Positions 1 to 9,771 of a DNA stretch of 64,000 bases are shown piece by piece. The notes under the pieces were generated by a model. That model had not been told where the DNA came from, did no database searches, and saw only the letters and a list, made by a program, of their open reading frames with translations. The stretch is from a virus, in the IMG/VR virus record IMGVR_UViG_3300017598_000768, positions 1 through 64,000 of that record; one strand, 5' to 3'. A program made the position numbers and the translations under genes. How positions within the stretch are numbered: the first letter of the stretch is position 1; every line of letters begins with the position of its first letter.

Positions 1-384
1 GTGCGTAAGTATTTGATATTATTTTTTATACTTGCGTTTTGGCTATACGTTTTTACGTATACCGATGACTATAAACTTTTAGGGGAATTCGTAGGGGCGT
101 GACGTTGGGTACATATAATGCGTTATCGGGTACGTTTGTATTTGACGTTCTCGGGTCTTCATATAGGGTGGTCTGTGGTATGGGCAGCTATTGATTCATT
201 ACTCTTATACATGGGGTGCTTTCTCCAACCCCGCATATAGGTAGGGTGTTAAATGGCTCTTTTACGTCCTTCCTCTGACGCCCCGCATACGGCCCGTATT
301 GTTATGGTGCGTGACGCTTATGGGGAGAGGTATTCGTCATGGCCCGCTTATTCAGCGTTGCAATCGCTTGCAAACGGTGCCCTT

Positions 385-573
385 CTACGGTGCCCTTTTC
401 TCCAGCCTCAACACCAATCGCTTTCGTTTGATCGACTGCACCTTGAATTTCGAGCCTTTTATCACCAATCTTTCACCAACTCTGAAGACTCCAGACAGTC
501 CGGGCCATTTACGTTCTGCCTGCTCATACAATTCTTTCGGTATCTCTTCAAAATGTCCTCTTCCTGTGTCCAT
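385..573 (-). CDS. hypothetical protein
   Basis: 62-aa ORF, GGAGG RBS, continues the minus-strand gene array. Confidence 0.6.
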   Translation of the reverse strand: MDTGRGHFEEIPKELYEQAERKWPGLSGVFRVGERLVIKGSKFKVQSIKRKRLVLRLEKRAP

Positions 574-576
574 TCT

Positions 577-795
577 TCACCTCCAAACATTGTTCCATAT
601 CATTAGCATGAGCACCGCAAGCATCACGTAGTATGCAACCTGTGCAACCTTACCAAATTCTGCTTTGATTTTTATCGGGCACAGAATGCATACGATCAAC
701 AAGAATAGCAGGCCGAGGAATGCTGTAACAACTGACAGCATTACGCAGCCTACACATTCTGCAAAGCCTCTAAACAATCCTGTGGCCGCATCCAT
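577..795 (-). CDS. small membrane protein
   Basis: Two hydrophobic segments; start re-placed at MDAATG after AAGGAGG. Confidence 0.55.
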   Translation of the reverse strand: MDAATGLFRGFAECVGCVMLSVVTAFLGLLFLLIVCILCPIKIKAEFGKVAQVAYYVMLAVLMLMIWNNVWR

Positions 796-1000
796 CGCCA
801 GCCTCCTTTCGTTCAACTTCAACAACGTCGACTTTACAGTGCCTTCTTCTAAACTCATCTATTTCGTCCAGTAGGCCAATTGAAACTTTCAACTCCTGCA
901 ACCGTCTGCTGTCTGTCTCATCAATCTTGAAGGTTACTTCCTCCTCCAGCATCTTTGCATCGCAGACCATCAATGTCAGTCTGTACATTTTGCCTTTCAT
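770..1000 (-). CDS. hypothetical protein
   Basis: 76-aa ORF with GGAG RBS. Confidence 0.5.
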   Translation of the reverse strand: MKGKMYRLTLMVCDAKMLEEEVTFKIDETDSRRLQELKVSIGLLDEIDEFRRRHCKVDVVEVERKEAGDGCGHRIV

Positions 1001-1071
1001 TGTGCAACTCCTTCGCCTGGTTCTTCATTAACTCGACGACATCTTCTATCTCGGCTTCACCATTTCTAAAA

Positions 1072-1383
1072 TCAAACACCTTGTGCTGAAGGCGGCTGAG
1101 CATTGCATGCATTAGGTTCGCTGTCTGGCATCTTCTTTTGAGAGGCATTCTCCTCCTTACATTTCGCGCAGTATAAATGATGGCATTCTTCGCACATGAT
1201 TTCCCCGTCTTCATTATCAGGTGCCGTGCAATCGAACTCTCCAGTCCAGTATCTGTGACCATAGCCACAAGCTTGCGCCGGTCTCATTCCACATCCAGGG
1301 CAAGGCATTCTATTTCCAAAGCTGACTTGCCATAAGTCCCAAAATCTTTCCCAGAACATTTCTTTCTTCATTTCATAAATCAT
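1072..1383 (-). CDS. Cys-rich (zinc-binding) hypothetical protein
   Basis: CPGC, CEEC and CAKC motifs; start uncertain. Confidence 0.45.
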   Translation of the reverse strand: MIYEMKKEMFWERFWDLWQVSFGNRMPCPGCGMRPAQACGYGHRYWTGEFDCTAPDNEDGEIMCEECHHLYCAKCKEENASQKKMPDSEPNACNAQPPSAQGV

Positions 1384-1768
1384 CCAGATCACGTCCGAAC
1401 GGAGTACCATGGGTGCGTGCAACGGCTCCAACCTCTCCTTGCTTATAACATAAAAGGCATAGACGTGTCAGCTTCACCCCATTCACTGGCTCCAGTGGAA
1501 CTACACGCTCTCGGCAACACCCACATACCCTGAGCCCATGCTTCTTAAGCAACTGGGCATCTATTCGGTCTCCTTCTTCTAATCGTCTTTCACCGCGTTG
1601 GATCTTACGTATCAGCCATCTCGAACAGTTCATTATCTTTGCGATTTCTCTGACAGTCAAAATTCCTGTCAACGCGATAACTGTCACTGAACTGATATCT
1701 TTTCTTGGCTCTCCTGCCTTCTTTTTTCTTAGGTAGAAGTTCAGCAACTGCTGAACGGGGCCTACCAC
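1373..1768 (-). CDS. HTH + CxxC zinc-ribbon protein
   Basis: LTVREIAKIMNCSRWLIRKIQRG HTH-like segment, CGCC..CLLC; start uncertain (GTG 1768, or up to 1813). Confidence 0.55.
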   Translation of the reverse strand: MVGPVQQLLNFYLRKKKAGEPRKDISSVTVIALTGILTVREIAKIMNCSRWLIRKIQRGERRLEEGDRIDAQLLKKHGLRVCGCCRERVVPLEPVNGVKLTRLCLLCYKQGEVGAVARTHGTPFGRDLDDL

Positions 1769-2088
1769 GTAATCAGGCGCATTCTCTCCTCGTGCCGTTG
1801 TCGGTTCCACCATACGAGCAATGCAAGGGCGATGATCTCAATCTCCCTGTCTTTCCTCTCAAGCATACCTTCTTTGATCATCGCAGCCAGTCTTTTCCTC
1901 CATTCGAGCAAGTCCTTACCATCGCCGTCCCATCTTGGACTTCCGACCTCCGATACTATCAGAGATAATGCCCTTTCGACCTTTGGTGTCAATGCTTTTC
2001 TCAACACCCCTGTCAACCTCTGTGCAACTTTCGTTTCGTCCTTACTCTTGTGCCTTATTTTCGGTGGCTTCGTCTTGTCTTTGATCAT
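1762..2088 (-). CDS. hypothetical protein
   Basis: 108-aa ORF with AAGGAGG RBS. Confidence 0.6.
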   Translation of the reverse strand: MIKDKTKPPKIRHKSKDETKVAQRLTGVLRKALTPKVERALSLIVSEVGSPRWDGDGKDLLEWRKRLAAMIKEGMLERKDREIEIIALALLVWWNRQRHEERMRLITW

Positions 2089-2926
2089 CGCATTCCTCCT
2101 TCATACATCGCAACTGTGCAAGCCTTTCCGCATAGCCGTATAAATGCAAACCTTTACTTTCAACAATCATCTCTCCATCCTTCACTCCAATCTCATTTGC
2201 CATGTATTCTTTCAAGTGCTGGATTGCAGGCAGGTTCGCCGGAAGGCCGCCCCATAAATCCCACGACCTAAAATACACGAAAAAATGCAACGTGTCGTCT
2301 TGAATCCGTGTATCAATCTGACGCAGACATGGCGGGTCTTGCAGAAGATCATCATCAGGCTTCGCAACTTGCAGAACCCTCTGATTATTTCGTGGCCCAA
2401 ACAGCATGTAAGTCTTGATGGTCAGCTCCACCTGATTCAGATAGAACACTCCATCCTCTTCTATAATAACTCTTGGATCATTCCATATAACGTCTTCCTG
2501 TACAAAAATCTCCGGGCTCAGTTCCCATACCGGAGTTCCTTCTTTCGTGTGCAGCTCATCAACCGTGCCAAGTCGATGCCTCGTCAACCTTTCACCATAC
2601 GTATAAGACTCATTCGGATTCTTGATCGACCCCATCACGTACTCAACATACGATCTTTCATAACCATCTCCTCCATACACATAATCAAACTCTACTGGAT
2701 TCGGTATGCCTATCGCCGGTGGGATCTGTGGCAGTATCTCCGGTGTAAAACTTCCATGGCCCGGATGCCGAACGTGACCTATGAAATAATCATACTCCAG
2801 TCTTGTTTGGCCTTCATAACTGCCTCTGTGGATTTCGAATCTCCTTCCGACATCCAAGATGTCGTTGACGGCTTGAAACCAGAGATCAGGCAGATCCCTG
2901 GCTACTATCTTGTGAATGTTGATCAT
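2042..2926 (-). CDS. thyA: thymidylate synthase family protein (ThyA or dUMP hydroxymethylase-like)
   Basis: YTYGERL, catalytic PPC, FRSWDLWGGLPAN (Asn indicates dUMP specificity), GLHLY. Confidence 0.85.
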   Translation of the reverse strand: MINIHKIVARDLPDLWFQAVNDILDVGRRFEIHRGSYEGQTRLEYDYFIGHVRHPGHGSFTPEILPQIPPAIGIPNPVEFDYVYGGDGYERSYVEYVMGSIKNPNESYTYGERLTRHRLGTVDELHTKEGTPVWELSPEIFVQEDVIWNDPRVIIEEDGVFYLNQVELTIKTYMLFGPRNNQRVLQVAKPDDDLLQDPPCLRQIDTRIQDDTLHFFVYFRSWDLWGGLPANLPAIQHLKEYMANEIGVKDGEMIVESKGLHLYGYAERLAQLRCMKEECDDQRQDEATENKAQE

Positions 2927-3092
2927 CAGTCACCTCCAATCCTCTTCTCTTCATTTCTTTACGTACAACTTCAATTAGGCCACGATAGAAATGCGCCGCC
3001 GTGTTATTCTGATACATCAAATGCACCATTTCAACAATGGCTCTCCCCATCTGGCTGCCAGCCTTCCTTCCTCTAACCGTAGCTCCTGCCAT
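2886..3092 (-). CDS. hypothetical protein
   Basis: ATG after AGGAGG directly downstream of the terminase stop. Confidence 0.55.
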   Translation of the reverse strand: MAGATVRGRKAGSQMGRAIVEMVHLMYQNNTAAHFYRGLIEVVRKEMKRRGLEVTDDQHSQDSSQGSA

Positions 3093-3102
3093 TATCACCC
3101 TC

Positions 3103-5142
3103 CTAAACCATTCTTGACTTCCTTCTTCTGCCAATCTTAACAGACCTGACTCCAGTGCTTTTCGGTCGTGTCCTTGTGCGCCTCCGCGCTGGCCTTCCAA
3201 ATCTGGCCTCCTTCTGCATCAACATATACACCACACCAGCAACCGAGTCTGCACAGTCCTTGCTCCCTCCTTTCGGGTGATCAATTTTATCCTTCTTCTT
3301 ATCTCGTTCCACCGTCCTTAACTCTGTCGTCAGGACCGGATGGTTCGGATACAGTATGCGTTCATCCTTGATCGCCAGTTTCACTTCAGTGTACGGGGCT
3401 ATGCTCGTGTCGACCGATAATACTCCGGATCTCATTCGCGCCTTCCTGAACGCCTGTATCATCATGGCTGACTGGTACGAGTCCATCGTTGCCCATCTTA
3501 CGAACAGGTGGCCTCGCAGGAACAGGATCAGGTCTCGGATCGCCTCCAAGTCGACTTCATCACCAGGCTCTGCAATACACCGCAGTACTCCGTCAATCGT
3601 GTACATCGGAGCACGTGCATCCGATACTTCGACGAACTCCTTCGTTCTTTCATTGTACACACGCATGTTTGGCAACAGTCTGTAACCCGTAATTCTGCCA
3701 ATGCCTACCCCTGCTGCATCTCCAGTTAATCCGACGTCTATGTGCGCAGCAAAAACTGTACTCTTGTCCAGAATCATTTCTTCGAGATATTCGCGGTTCA
3801 CCAGCCTCCAGAAATCTTGGCTATAAGCTTCTTCGGGCGGTAGAATATCCTGTATGACTACTTCGTCATGAAGAAAGAGTTGATTGCCTTCTCCCACAGT
3901 AGCCTCATACGTCTCGTATGCCTTGACTATCAGCTCCTTATGTGGGATAAATGGGTGCTTAGTTCCGGCTGCTATACCACCGAGATCCCTCAGTGCGTCA
4001 TCAAGGTTTCTTTCAAAAGCTGGTCTGTACTCAGTCGGAACTTCAATAACATCATCTGCATCTTTTGCATCTTCCCTCGTTGCAACAATGCGCGACTGTT
4101 TATATTCATTCCCTACCTCTACTAAAAACTTGTCTCCACAAAATCTGTCAGCAGGCAGCGCCTCCCATTGGGCATAGTTCATCACAAATATCGACGGATC
4201 AGTTGCGGCTTCGTCCATCTTCCTGTCCGTAAAATCGCCTGGGTAACTTCTCGACGAAACAAGCAGCAACTTTCCTGGCAGCCTTCCTTGCTGCATGAAC
4301 CTTGACCTCATACGATTTATCAACGTGTTATACAGTCTTTCTGCCTGATCGTACTCTTCTTCACCAGTATGGCGCGTGTACGTACTATCAACAACACGTT
4401 CCATATAGTTCATCTCATCGATCATCCCTCCATATACGTTCATACCAAGGGCGGACGTGTCCGAGCCTCCAATCGGGTAAACGTTTATCTGTTTCGGAAA
4501 TCTTAGTTCTGACTTGACCTGTGGATCGAACGGGAATAGCTTCTGGAAATACGGTGATCTTTTGAGTCTTGCTGCGAACTGCTCAAACGCAACTTTCTGT
4601 GCAAGCGTTGCAGTCTTGGACTGTAAGATAAAAACAATCGAGGAGCCCGGAGCAAGCCCATACTCAATCTGCGGATTGTGATAACACGAAAGCTTACATA
4701 TCATGTACGCCAGTGCAATGTCTGCGAAATAATTCTTGCCTATTCCAATTGCTCCTGTCAGTACAGCTTCTACAAATTCTCCACCACCAAACAGTCTTTG
4801 CAATTCATACTTGATCACCGGCCTTAGATAACCCCTCTGGTTCATATACTCCGGTGACTCTGCAAACTCTTCGATGTCCGGCACCTTCCACCTTCTGCCT
4901 CTCTTCTGCATCAGCCAGCTTGAGTCTTTCTGTTCAACGGCTCTCTGGAAATTCTGTATGAAACCCTTCAGGTCTGACAGTCGGAACACTCCTCCGTCTT
5001 CCAGCTCTATCAGTGGCACCGACTTCACCAACAGAGACAGCACTTCTTCTTCTCGAAGAGACAGGCCCCTCTGCGTCTTTGCAATCTTCATCATCAAGTG
5101 CAGCGCATAATCAGCTTTGACTATCTGTAACGTCTCCGCCAT
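3103..5142 (-). CDS. terL: terminase large subunit
   Basis: Walker A GAIGIGKN, Walker B GGMIDE, nuclease HIDVGLTGD, C-terminal KIDHPKGGSKDCADS. Confidence 0.9.
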   Translation of the reverse strand: MAETLQIVKADYALHLMMKIAKTQRGLSLREEEVLSLLVKSVPLIELEDGGVFRLSDLKGFIQNFQRAVEQKDSSWLMQKRGRRWKVPDIEEFAESPEYMNQRGYLRPVIKYELQRLFGGGEFVEAVLTGAIGIGKNYFADIALAYMICKLSCYHNPQIEYGLAPGSSIVFILQSKTATLAQKVAFEQFAARLKRSPYFQKLFPFDPQVKSELRFPKQINVYPIGGSDTSALGMNVYGGMIDEMNYMERVVDSTYTRHTGEEEYDQAERLYNTLINRMRSRFMQQGRLPGKLLLVSSRSYPGDFTDRKMDEAATDPSIFVMNYAQWEALPADRFCGDKFLVEVGNEYKQSRIVATREDAKDADDVIEVPTEYRPAFERNLDDALRDLGGIAAGTKHPFIPHKELIVKAYETYEATVGEGNQLFLHDEVVIQDILPPEEAYSQDFWRLVNREYLEEMILDKSTVFAAHIDVGLTGDAAGVGIGRITGYRLLPNMRVYNERTKEFVEVSDARAPMYTIDGVLRCIAEPGDEVDLEAIRDLILFLRGHLFVRWATMDSYQSAMMIQAFRKARMRSGVLSVDTSIAPYTEVKLAIKDERILYPNHPVLTTELRTVERDKKKDKIDHPKGGSKDCADSVAGVVYMLMQKEARFGRPARRRTRTRPKSTGVRSVKIGRRRKSRMV

Positions 5143-5878
5143 CTTCGTTTCCCTTCAGTATATAACGACCGTCATCTCCTATCTCCATGGTCAGTGCCGA
5201 CTTCTCTGCTTCTGCCAGAAACGTGCTTGTTGCTTCGATCATTGCTACTCCACCATCTCCGACCGTATGCTTCATTAGGCCGTCAAATCGGTGCTTGACA
5301 TTCAGATTGAATTCTGATGGCGGAGCGTCGAGTAAGCCAAGTTCCATGCATCTGCATACATACTGGTTCAAAAGCTCTCCAAGGATCTTAACTGACCTGT
5401 CTGTACTTTTCAATGGAACATTCGTCTTCTTCTCCGTCGATCGGTACAGCTCTATCCGCTCCGACTGGATCTCAATCAGCCATCTTAGCCTACCCATCCC
5501 ATCAAGCTTATCTTTTATCTTATCTTTCAGTTTTCTGATCACCTTCTTGTCTTCTGGCGGCTTGTTCGGGTCCACCATCTCTACATTTATCTGGCCTATC
5601 GCCTGGTCTCTGAATTTCGCCAGTGCTCTCCTCATGGACTTGTTCGAGCTTTTCTCCATAATCCCCCATTCATTTCTTACTATGCGCATGATGTGGGCTG
5701 GAGTCTGACCTCTCCTGAGCCTGTGGAATATTTCCGTCAACTGTCTGTCTGAGAGTAGTCGGAGCCACGTCCCTTTTCTTCCGGGCGGCTGGGCAATCCT
5801 TCTTAGTCGCTTAACTATAGACGCCCCAGTCACCTCGACTTTTCCTGCAATATCATTCGGCGTTTTATTAATCGACAT
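5111..5878 (-). CDS. putative terminase small subunit
   Basis: Basic helical protein with N-terminal HTH-like segment, overlapping the terL start. Confidence 0.55.
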   Translation of the reverse strand: MSINKTPNDIAGKVEVTGASIVKRLRRIAQPPGRKGTWLRLLSDRQLTEIFHRLRRGQTPAHIMRIVRNEWGIMEKSSNKSMRRALAKFRDQAIGQINVEMVDPNKPPEDKKVIRKLKDKIKDKLDGMGRLRWLIEIQSERIELYRSTEKKTNVPLKSTDRSVKILGELLNQYVCRCMELGLLDAPPSEFNLNVKHRFDGLMKHTVGDGGVAMIEATSTFLAEAEKSALTMEIGDDGRYILKGNEDGGDVTDSQS

Positions 5879-6761
5879 CGTTTACCTCTCCAAGCAAATC
5901 GTCAATATCAAGTTGTTCTTCGTGAACTTCTTCCAAAAAATCTCTGTGGATTTCAATGAACTCATCTACGTCTAACAATACTAACATTCTTTCCACCACA
6001 CTGTCAAACGTAAAACCATGAGACATCACTTCACGAGCATGACCTTCCACCATCTTGTAAGACTCCTGTCTCATTCGCACCCATATATGCTTCTTGCCTC
6101 CAAAATCCAGAATCATGAAATTCGCAGGCAGCGTGCTGCCAAACTGCGTAAACAGCTTGTTCAGGAGCAGGCTGAGATCATCAACCGTTCTAAGTTCATC
6201 ACGTGCGTCATCGAACAACTTTTTCATATCGTCGGTAGGCAGTGCATCTCTGGCTTCATCCAACAGATCTTGGAACTCGTCAACATTGACAAAACCTAAC
6301 TCATGGGGCAAGTCTTCAAGCTCCATATCACTCTTCTCCACCAGCTTCTCAACCAGCCGCGAGAACTTCTTTGCAGACATACTGCCTCGGATCTTGTTCA
6401 TACGAACAGTCTGTCTCATCTGTTCGACTTCGTCCATTCTTTCTGGCTTGGCTACAACACACCGGATCGTGGAAGCATCAGCCAGTCTTTGCTGTTCATA
6501 CCTATGCTCCCCATCAATTATTCTGAACTTTCCAGTGGGAAGCGGCACTACCAGAAGCGGATCAAGGAAATCAACGTCTTCTACGTTCTCAGACAGCATG
6601 TCAAACTCTTCTGCTGACATTTCGTTCGGGTTCCACTCATTTGCTTCAAGCAGACTCGTTGGGATATCAAATATATCACCATGCTCCCACTTCTTAGGCA
6701 GCTTGAACGTTTTCCTTGAGCGTGCTGCTACACTTTTCTGTTTCGTTTTTACCTTCGCCAT
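5868..6761 (-). CDS. ParB/Srx N-terminal domain protein
   Basis: NEWNPNEM, DPLLV, FRIIDGEHR, RMNKIRG motifs. Confidence 0.85.
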   Translation of the reverse strand: MAKVKTKQKSVAARSRKTFKLPKKWEHGDIFDIPTSLLEANEWNPNEMSAEEFDMLSENVEDVDFLDPLLVVPLPTGKFRIIDGEHRYEQQRLADASTIRCVVAKPERMDEVEQMRQTVRMNKIRGSMSAKKFSRLVEKLVEKSDMELEDLPHELGFVNVDEFQDLLDEARDALPTDDMKKLFDDARDELRTVDDLSLLLNKLFTQFGSTLPANFMILDFGGKKHIWVRMRQESYKMVEGHAREVMSHGFTFDSVVERMLVLLDVDEFIEIHRDFLEEVHEEQLDIDDLLGEVNDVD

Positions 6762-6774
6762 TTTTAGCTCCTAA

Positions 6775-7110
6775 CTACTTCTTTGGAAATCGTATCGTTC
6801 TTACCGCATCACCTACACTCAGCATTCGGACTGTTTTCCGTTCTTCACTGCTAACTGCTGGCATCAACATCTCCAGACTGTCAGGCTCCACGGAGCATCG
6901 CATGCTTACTTCCTCTCTGAGAAGCACACGCTGGTCTAAGCTGCGGACTCCATCAAGAGCAGTGTAATGCTCCATGTACTCACTTTCTACATCGATAACT
7001 ACTGACGAGCACCTGAACTGGAGTGAAGCGACGGGGGCATCTTGTGAGCCTGCTCCCTCAAAGCTTACTATTCCTTCACCAAGCATCATCGAGCTTATTC
7101 TTTCTGACAT
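6775..7110 (-). CDS. hypothetical protein with C-terminal VRTIRF motif
   Basis: ORF filling the gap between the epimerase and ParB genes. Confidence 0.55.
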   Translation of the reverse strand: MSERISSMMLGEGIVSFEGAGSQDAPVASLQFRCSSVVIDVESEYMEHYTALDGVRSLDQRVLLREEVSMRCSVEPDSLEMLMPAVSSEERKTVRMLSVGDAVRTIRFPKK

Positions 7111-8135
7111 CCGCCATCCCCCCATCTGTGCTCAATCTCGTTCACTATCTTCACCGACACATTTTTGCCATACGGCTGTTCCCATGCATCAGCAAACTTG
7201 GCATGCTTCATTGCACTCGCCATATACCGCGAGGGCTGCATTGGACTTATCAACACATTACACTTAAGCGCCAGCGTCTCCTGCCGCTCGGTATTCGGTC
7301 TTATAGTAAACGTTCTCGTTCCAAGCACGCATGCCTCTTCTTGGAGTCCTCCACTGTCAGTAAAAACATACGAAGACTGTTCAATCATTTTCCACATTCT
7401 CTTCGGTCCAACAGGAGCCATGGCAACTATATGCGGTGGGATCTGCAAGTCGCTTAGCGTCAACATGTCCTTCGTCAACGGGTGGATTGGGAAATGAACA
7501 TTCATCCTTTCCGACTCTGCAAAGTCGTTTACTGCCTTCAGCGTCCTGGCAAACATTGGCTTGTTTCTTACTAACTCGGGTCTGTGGAGTGTCATCACAC
7601 CGGACCTTTCCCTTCGGGGCGACCCAGCTCTAATCACATCTACTATCGTGTTGCCAGTAACGCACATCTTGTTAAACGGTATGCCTTCATCAAGACAGTT
7701 CTGTATGTTCATTCGAGTCGGGCACATTAGCACGTCCGCTGCATGGTCTATCATCTTTCTGTTTCTTTCCTCCCGCATGCTTTCGTCAAATGACCTTAGA
7801 CCAGCCTCCACATGCACCAACGGTGTTTTCGTGTGAACCGCTGCAAGGGCACCGAGAACTCCAGACGTTGTGTCTCCCTGAATAATCACCACGTCCGACT
7901 CTTCTGCAAAACCAGCTATCTTTTCAAAATCATACAGAACCATCCTTCTATCCAAACACTTCTTGCTGTCCACCTCATAGCCCAACTCATCAAAAATGGC
8001 TATGGACATATCCTCCGAAAAATGCTGCATGGTGTATGCGAACATCACCATCCATTTCCTTCTCTGCATCTCCTTAACAACCGGACATAGCTTAATGATC
8101 TCCGGACGCGTCCCAGCAACAATCAATACTCTCAT
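7095..8135 (-). CDS. wecB: UDP-N-acetylglucosamine 2-epimerase (non-hydrolysing)
   Basis: GTRPEIIK, QGDTTS, HVEAGLRS, GNTIVD, TLHRPE, TDSGGLQEEA, TERQE. Confidence 0.92.
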   Translation of the reverse strand: MRVLIVAGTRPEIIKLCPVVKEMQRRKWMVMFAYTMQHFSEDMSIAIFDELGYEVDSKKCLDRRMVLYDFEKIAGFAEESDVVIIQGDTTSGVLGALAAVHTKTPLVHVEAGLRSFDESMREERNRKMIDHAADVLMCPTRMNIQNCLDEGIPFNKMCVTGNTIVDVIRAGSPRRERSGVMTLHRPELVRNKPMFARTLKAVNDFAESERMNVHFPIHPLTKDMLTLSDLQIPPHIVAMAPVGPKRMWKMIEQSSYVFTDSGGLQEEACVLGTRTFTIRPNTERQETLALKCNVLISPMQPSRYMASAMKHAKFADAWEQPYGKNVSVKIVNEIEHRWGDGGCQKE

Positions 8136-8192
8136 TCATCCTCCTTCACCATTATTTGCAAGCGCTTGCAAATTTTACGCTGCCTCCATTCA

Positions 8193-8267
8193 TGGAGCGG
8201 ACAGGAGGATTCGAACCTCCGACCTCCAAGCGGGGAGCCTGGCACTCTACCACTGAGTTATGCCCGC
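8193..8267 (-). tRNA. tRNA-Gly(CCC), atypical (C37, G38, A51-U63)
   Basis: 75-nt cloverleaf GCGGGCA-TA-ACTC AGTGGTA GAGT-G-CCAGG CTCCCCG CTTGG-AGGTC-GGAGG TTCGAAT CCTCC-TGTCCGC-T-CCA; G1-C72, C2-G71 and U73 Gly identity elements. Confidence 0.92.
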
Positions 8268-8274
8268 TTTTGTT

Positions 8275-8793
8275 TTAGATACACGCTCTCACTTTTCCAT
8301 CAAAGACAAAGTCTGAGTTATGCTTCCCCCAGTAAAACAGACGGTCTTCTCTTTTCGATCCTTTCGGACCATAATCCGTGCGCCTGACTTCTCCTACAAA
8401 AATCGTGTGCGAGCCAACTGTCATTGACGATATCTTTCTACACACCATAACACACGGAGAACCTTTTAGCAATGGACATACTGACGTGTCCGACCATTCA
8501 ACTCCTTCCATTATTGTCAGCTTATTCCCGTCTACTCCAGAGCATGAGCCGTAAACCCGCGCCAGTTCTGCATCTGCTGATCTTAGAAAATTCACTCCAA
8601 ACCAGTCAGCTGCCATCAACAAGCCGTGCGAGAACCTCCTCTTGCTTATGGCAATCATGTATTGCTGCGGATTATACCCACAGCTCATGTGCCATTCTAC
8701 AGGGAGGCAGTTCGATGGGCCGTCTGGGACTTTCACACTGACCAGAACTATCTCCCTCGGGCCATGTTGAATCCTTTCATCATAACCAGCCAT
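8275..8793 (-). CDS. flavin reductase-like (split-barrel FMN-binding) protein
   Basis: PVEWHMSCGYNP, FGVNFL, GSCSG..GNK, VGSHTIFVGEV. Confidence 0.8.
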   Translation of the reverse strand: MAGYDERIQHGPREIVLVSVKVPDGPSNCLPVEWHMSCGYNPQQYMIAISKRRFSHGLLMAADWFGVNFLRSADAELARVYGSCSGVDGNKLTIMEGVEWSDTSVCPLLKGSPCVMVCRKISSMTVGSHTIFVGEVRRTDYGPKGSKREDRLFYWGKHNSDFVFDGKVRACI

Positions 8794-8802
8794 GCATCCT
8801 CC

Positions 8803-9771
8803 TTACAGCCAAGCAGGATTCTTGATATGCCATTCATACGCTACTCGCATTCCTTCTACGAACGGCGTCGTGGCCTTCCATTCCAGCAGTTCTTCCGTAT
8901 GCGTCGGATCGATATAACTGACCCTGATGTCAATCGCCCTCTTGTCTGTGTGGACAATACCAACATTCGGATTGATCTCCTGCATAGCCTGAGCCATCTG
9001 TAACACTGTCGTCTTCCATCGAGGAACCAGATATACAATCTGATTTCTGGCTTCCGGCCTTAGACACTTGACCTGCGCCTGTACTATGTCTTTCACATAC
9101 AGGCATTGCCTCCATTGGCTTCCGTCACCATGCACTGTGATCTGTTCATCCTCCAAGGCTCCCTTAATGAAATAATGCTCCACAACTCCAGGCATCATTC
9201 TTGGGCCAAAGGCAGTCCCAAAACGCATCTGGGTTACGCTCTGCCCAGTTAGCACATGGTAGTCCCAGAGCGCCATCTCCATCGCAATCTTATTCGATAC
9301 ATACGGGTGGTAGCTTCGCGCCGTGTTGACCCAAGCTTCATTCGATTCAACTTCAAGAGTCACCGGATCACATTTCAGTATCCCAGATATCAAGCTTGAG
9401 CTTGCAACCAGAATTCGTTCGAAATGCCAGTGCCTCTCTTCCGTAAACTCCCTGCACACGTCAAGCAAACAGACGAAACCATACACTCCAGCTTCATAAG
9501 CGGCCCGCGCTCCCATCGCCGACGACACCGTGTGGCTGATCCCGGCAAGGTTGTAGATCACACTGATCTCTTGGTCGTATATTATTTCACGCAGCAGTTC
9601 TTTGTTCGTAATCGAGCCAAGATGCATCTTATCCACGAAACCCTTCACCTGCCTGAACCCACCTAACGATACATCGAGCACAGTCACAACATGACCTTCC
9701 ATGGCAAGCTCTTCGCACAGGTGGCCTCCAATAAATCCATTGCCTCCTATTATCAAGCAATTCCTTTTCAC
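8803..9771 (-). CDS. NAD-dependent nucleotide-sugar epimerase/dehydratase
   Basis: GGNGFIG, YNLAG, ASSS, YVSNK (YxxxK), FGPR, HGDGSQWR..YVKD. Confidence 0.9.
   Translation of the reverse strand: MKRNCLIIGGNGFIGGHLCEELAMEGHVVTVLDVSLGGFRQVKGFVDKMHLGSITNKELLREIIYDQEISVIYNLAGISHTVSSAMGARAAYEAGVYGFVCLLDVCREFTEERHWHFERILVASSSLISGILKCDPVTLEVESNEAWVNTARSYHPYVSNKIAMEMALWDYHVLTGQSVTQMRFGTAFGPRMMPGVVEHYFIKGALEDEQITVHGDGSQWRQCLYVKDIVQAQVKCLRPEARNQIVYLVPRWKTTVLQMAQAMQEINPNVGIVHTDKRAIDIRVSYIDPTHTEELLEWKATTPFVEGMRVAYEWHIKNPAWL

Noticed and set aside
921-1268. 115-aa minus-strand ORF
   Set aside because: Overlaps two better-supported ORFs extensively; at most its 3-prime part is real
4600-4612. TGCAAGCGTTGCA here and CTGCAAGCGCCTGTAA at 25160 as extra palindrome copies
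   Set aside because: One-base deletion or several mismatches; not counted
8193-8267. Suppressor tRNA / alternative genetic code
   Set aside because: The anticodon is CCC; TAA, TAG and TGA all terminate full-length genes at high coding density. The loop is 7 nt, unlike 8-nt sufD-type frameshift suppressors
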